A stretch of DNA of 32,726 nucleotides from Macrostomum lignano (Eukaryota): NCBI GenBank assembly GCA_002269645.1, contig NIVC01003353.1, forward strand, positions 1 to 32,726. Direction: 5' to 3'. Positions 32,122 through 32,726 of the stretch are shown one piece after another (the stretch's first letter is position 1; each line of letters begins with the position of its first letter). Both the position numbers and the translations under genes were made by a program. The notes beneath the pieces are model-generated. The model had not been told where the DNA came from. It worked only from the letters and a program-made list of their open reading frames with translations, and did no database searches.

Positions 32122-32726
32122 CGAGATCACCTGGATCAGTCACTCGGAGCTCACTCTGGTCAGTCACTCGGAGATCACTCTGGTCAGTCACTCGGAGCTC
32201 ACTCTGGTCAGTCACTCGGAGGTCACTCCTGGGTCAGTCACTCAGAGCTCACTCTGGTCAGTCACTCGAGCTCACTCTGGTCAGTCACTCGCGAGCTCAC
32301 TCTGGTCAGTCACTCGAGCTCATCTAGATCAGTCACTCGGAGCTCACTCTGGGTCAGTCACCGGAGCTCACTCTGGGGTCAGTCACTTAGAGCTCACTCT
32401 AGATCAGTCACTCGAGCTCACTCTGGGTCAGTCACCCGAGCTCACTCTGGGTCAGTCACTCGGAGCTCACTCTGGATCAGTCACTCGGAGCTCACTCTGG
32501 TTCAGTCACTCGAGCTCACTCTGGGTCAGTCACTCGGGATCACTCTGGGTCAGTCACTCGGAGCTCACTCTGGGTCAGTCACTCGAGATCACTCTGGGTC
32601 AGTCACCGCTCACTCTGGGTCAGTCACTCGGAGCTCACTCTGGGTCAGTCACTCGGAGCTCACTCTAGATCAGTCACTTCGGAGCTCACTCTGGTCAGTC
32701 ACCCGGAGCTCACTCTGGGTCAGTCA
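32122..32726. repeat. ~24-25-bp minisatellite GGTCAGTCACTCGGAGCTCACTCT, truncated by the window end
   Basis: Direct reading; many single-base indels between units. Confidence 0.95.

Overview
Eukaryotic (metazoan) genomic DNA. By eye about 55-60% of the window is tandem repeat, in roughly 17 arrays with 4-50 bp units. The style (very GC-rich exons with poly-Ala/Gln/Gly, many different minisatellites) suggests the flatworm Macrostomum, but that is inference. Two protein-coding genes are supportable, both on +. (1) A spliced RUN-domain gene of the RUSC1/RUSC2 (iporin) family. Five exons between 4566 and 10338 have phase-consistent GT-AG junctions, and two further 5' exons are tentative. The model is about 1,180 aa but needs two 1-nt frame corrections, both at homopolymers, so these are probably sequence errors. 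No SH3 domain is visible. (2) An intact, intronless PKA type II regulatory subunit (21210-22370) whose inhibitor site reads RRVAV rather than the phosphorylatable RRxS, i.e. an RII scaffold with an RI-like pseudosubstrate. Other notable items: a tRNA-headed, CORE-like SINE with an 11-bp target-site duplication in intron 5; a CpG-free 1.1-kb segment; inverted minisatellite arms around a candidate exon; and a ~80-copy array of 5' splice-site/E-box motifs. Nearly all long ORFs in the supplied track are repeat artefacts. I do not see convincing evidence of a new multi-gene system. All coordinates and counts were read by eye, and array edges are approximate.
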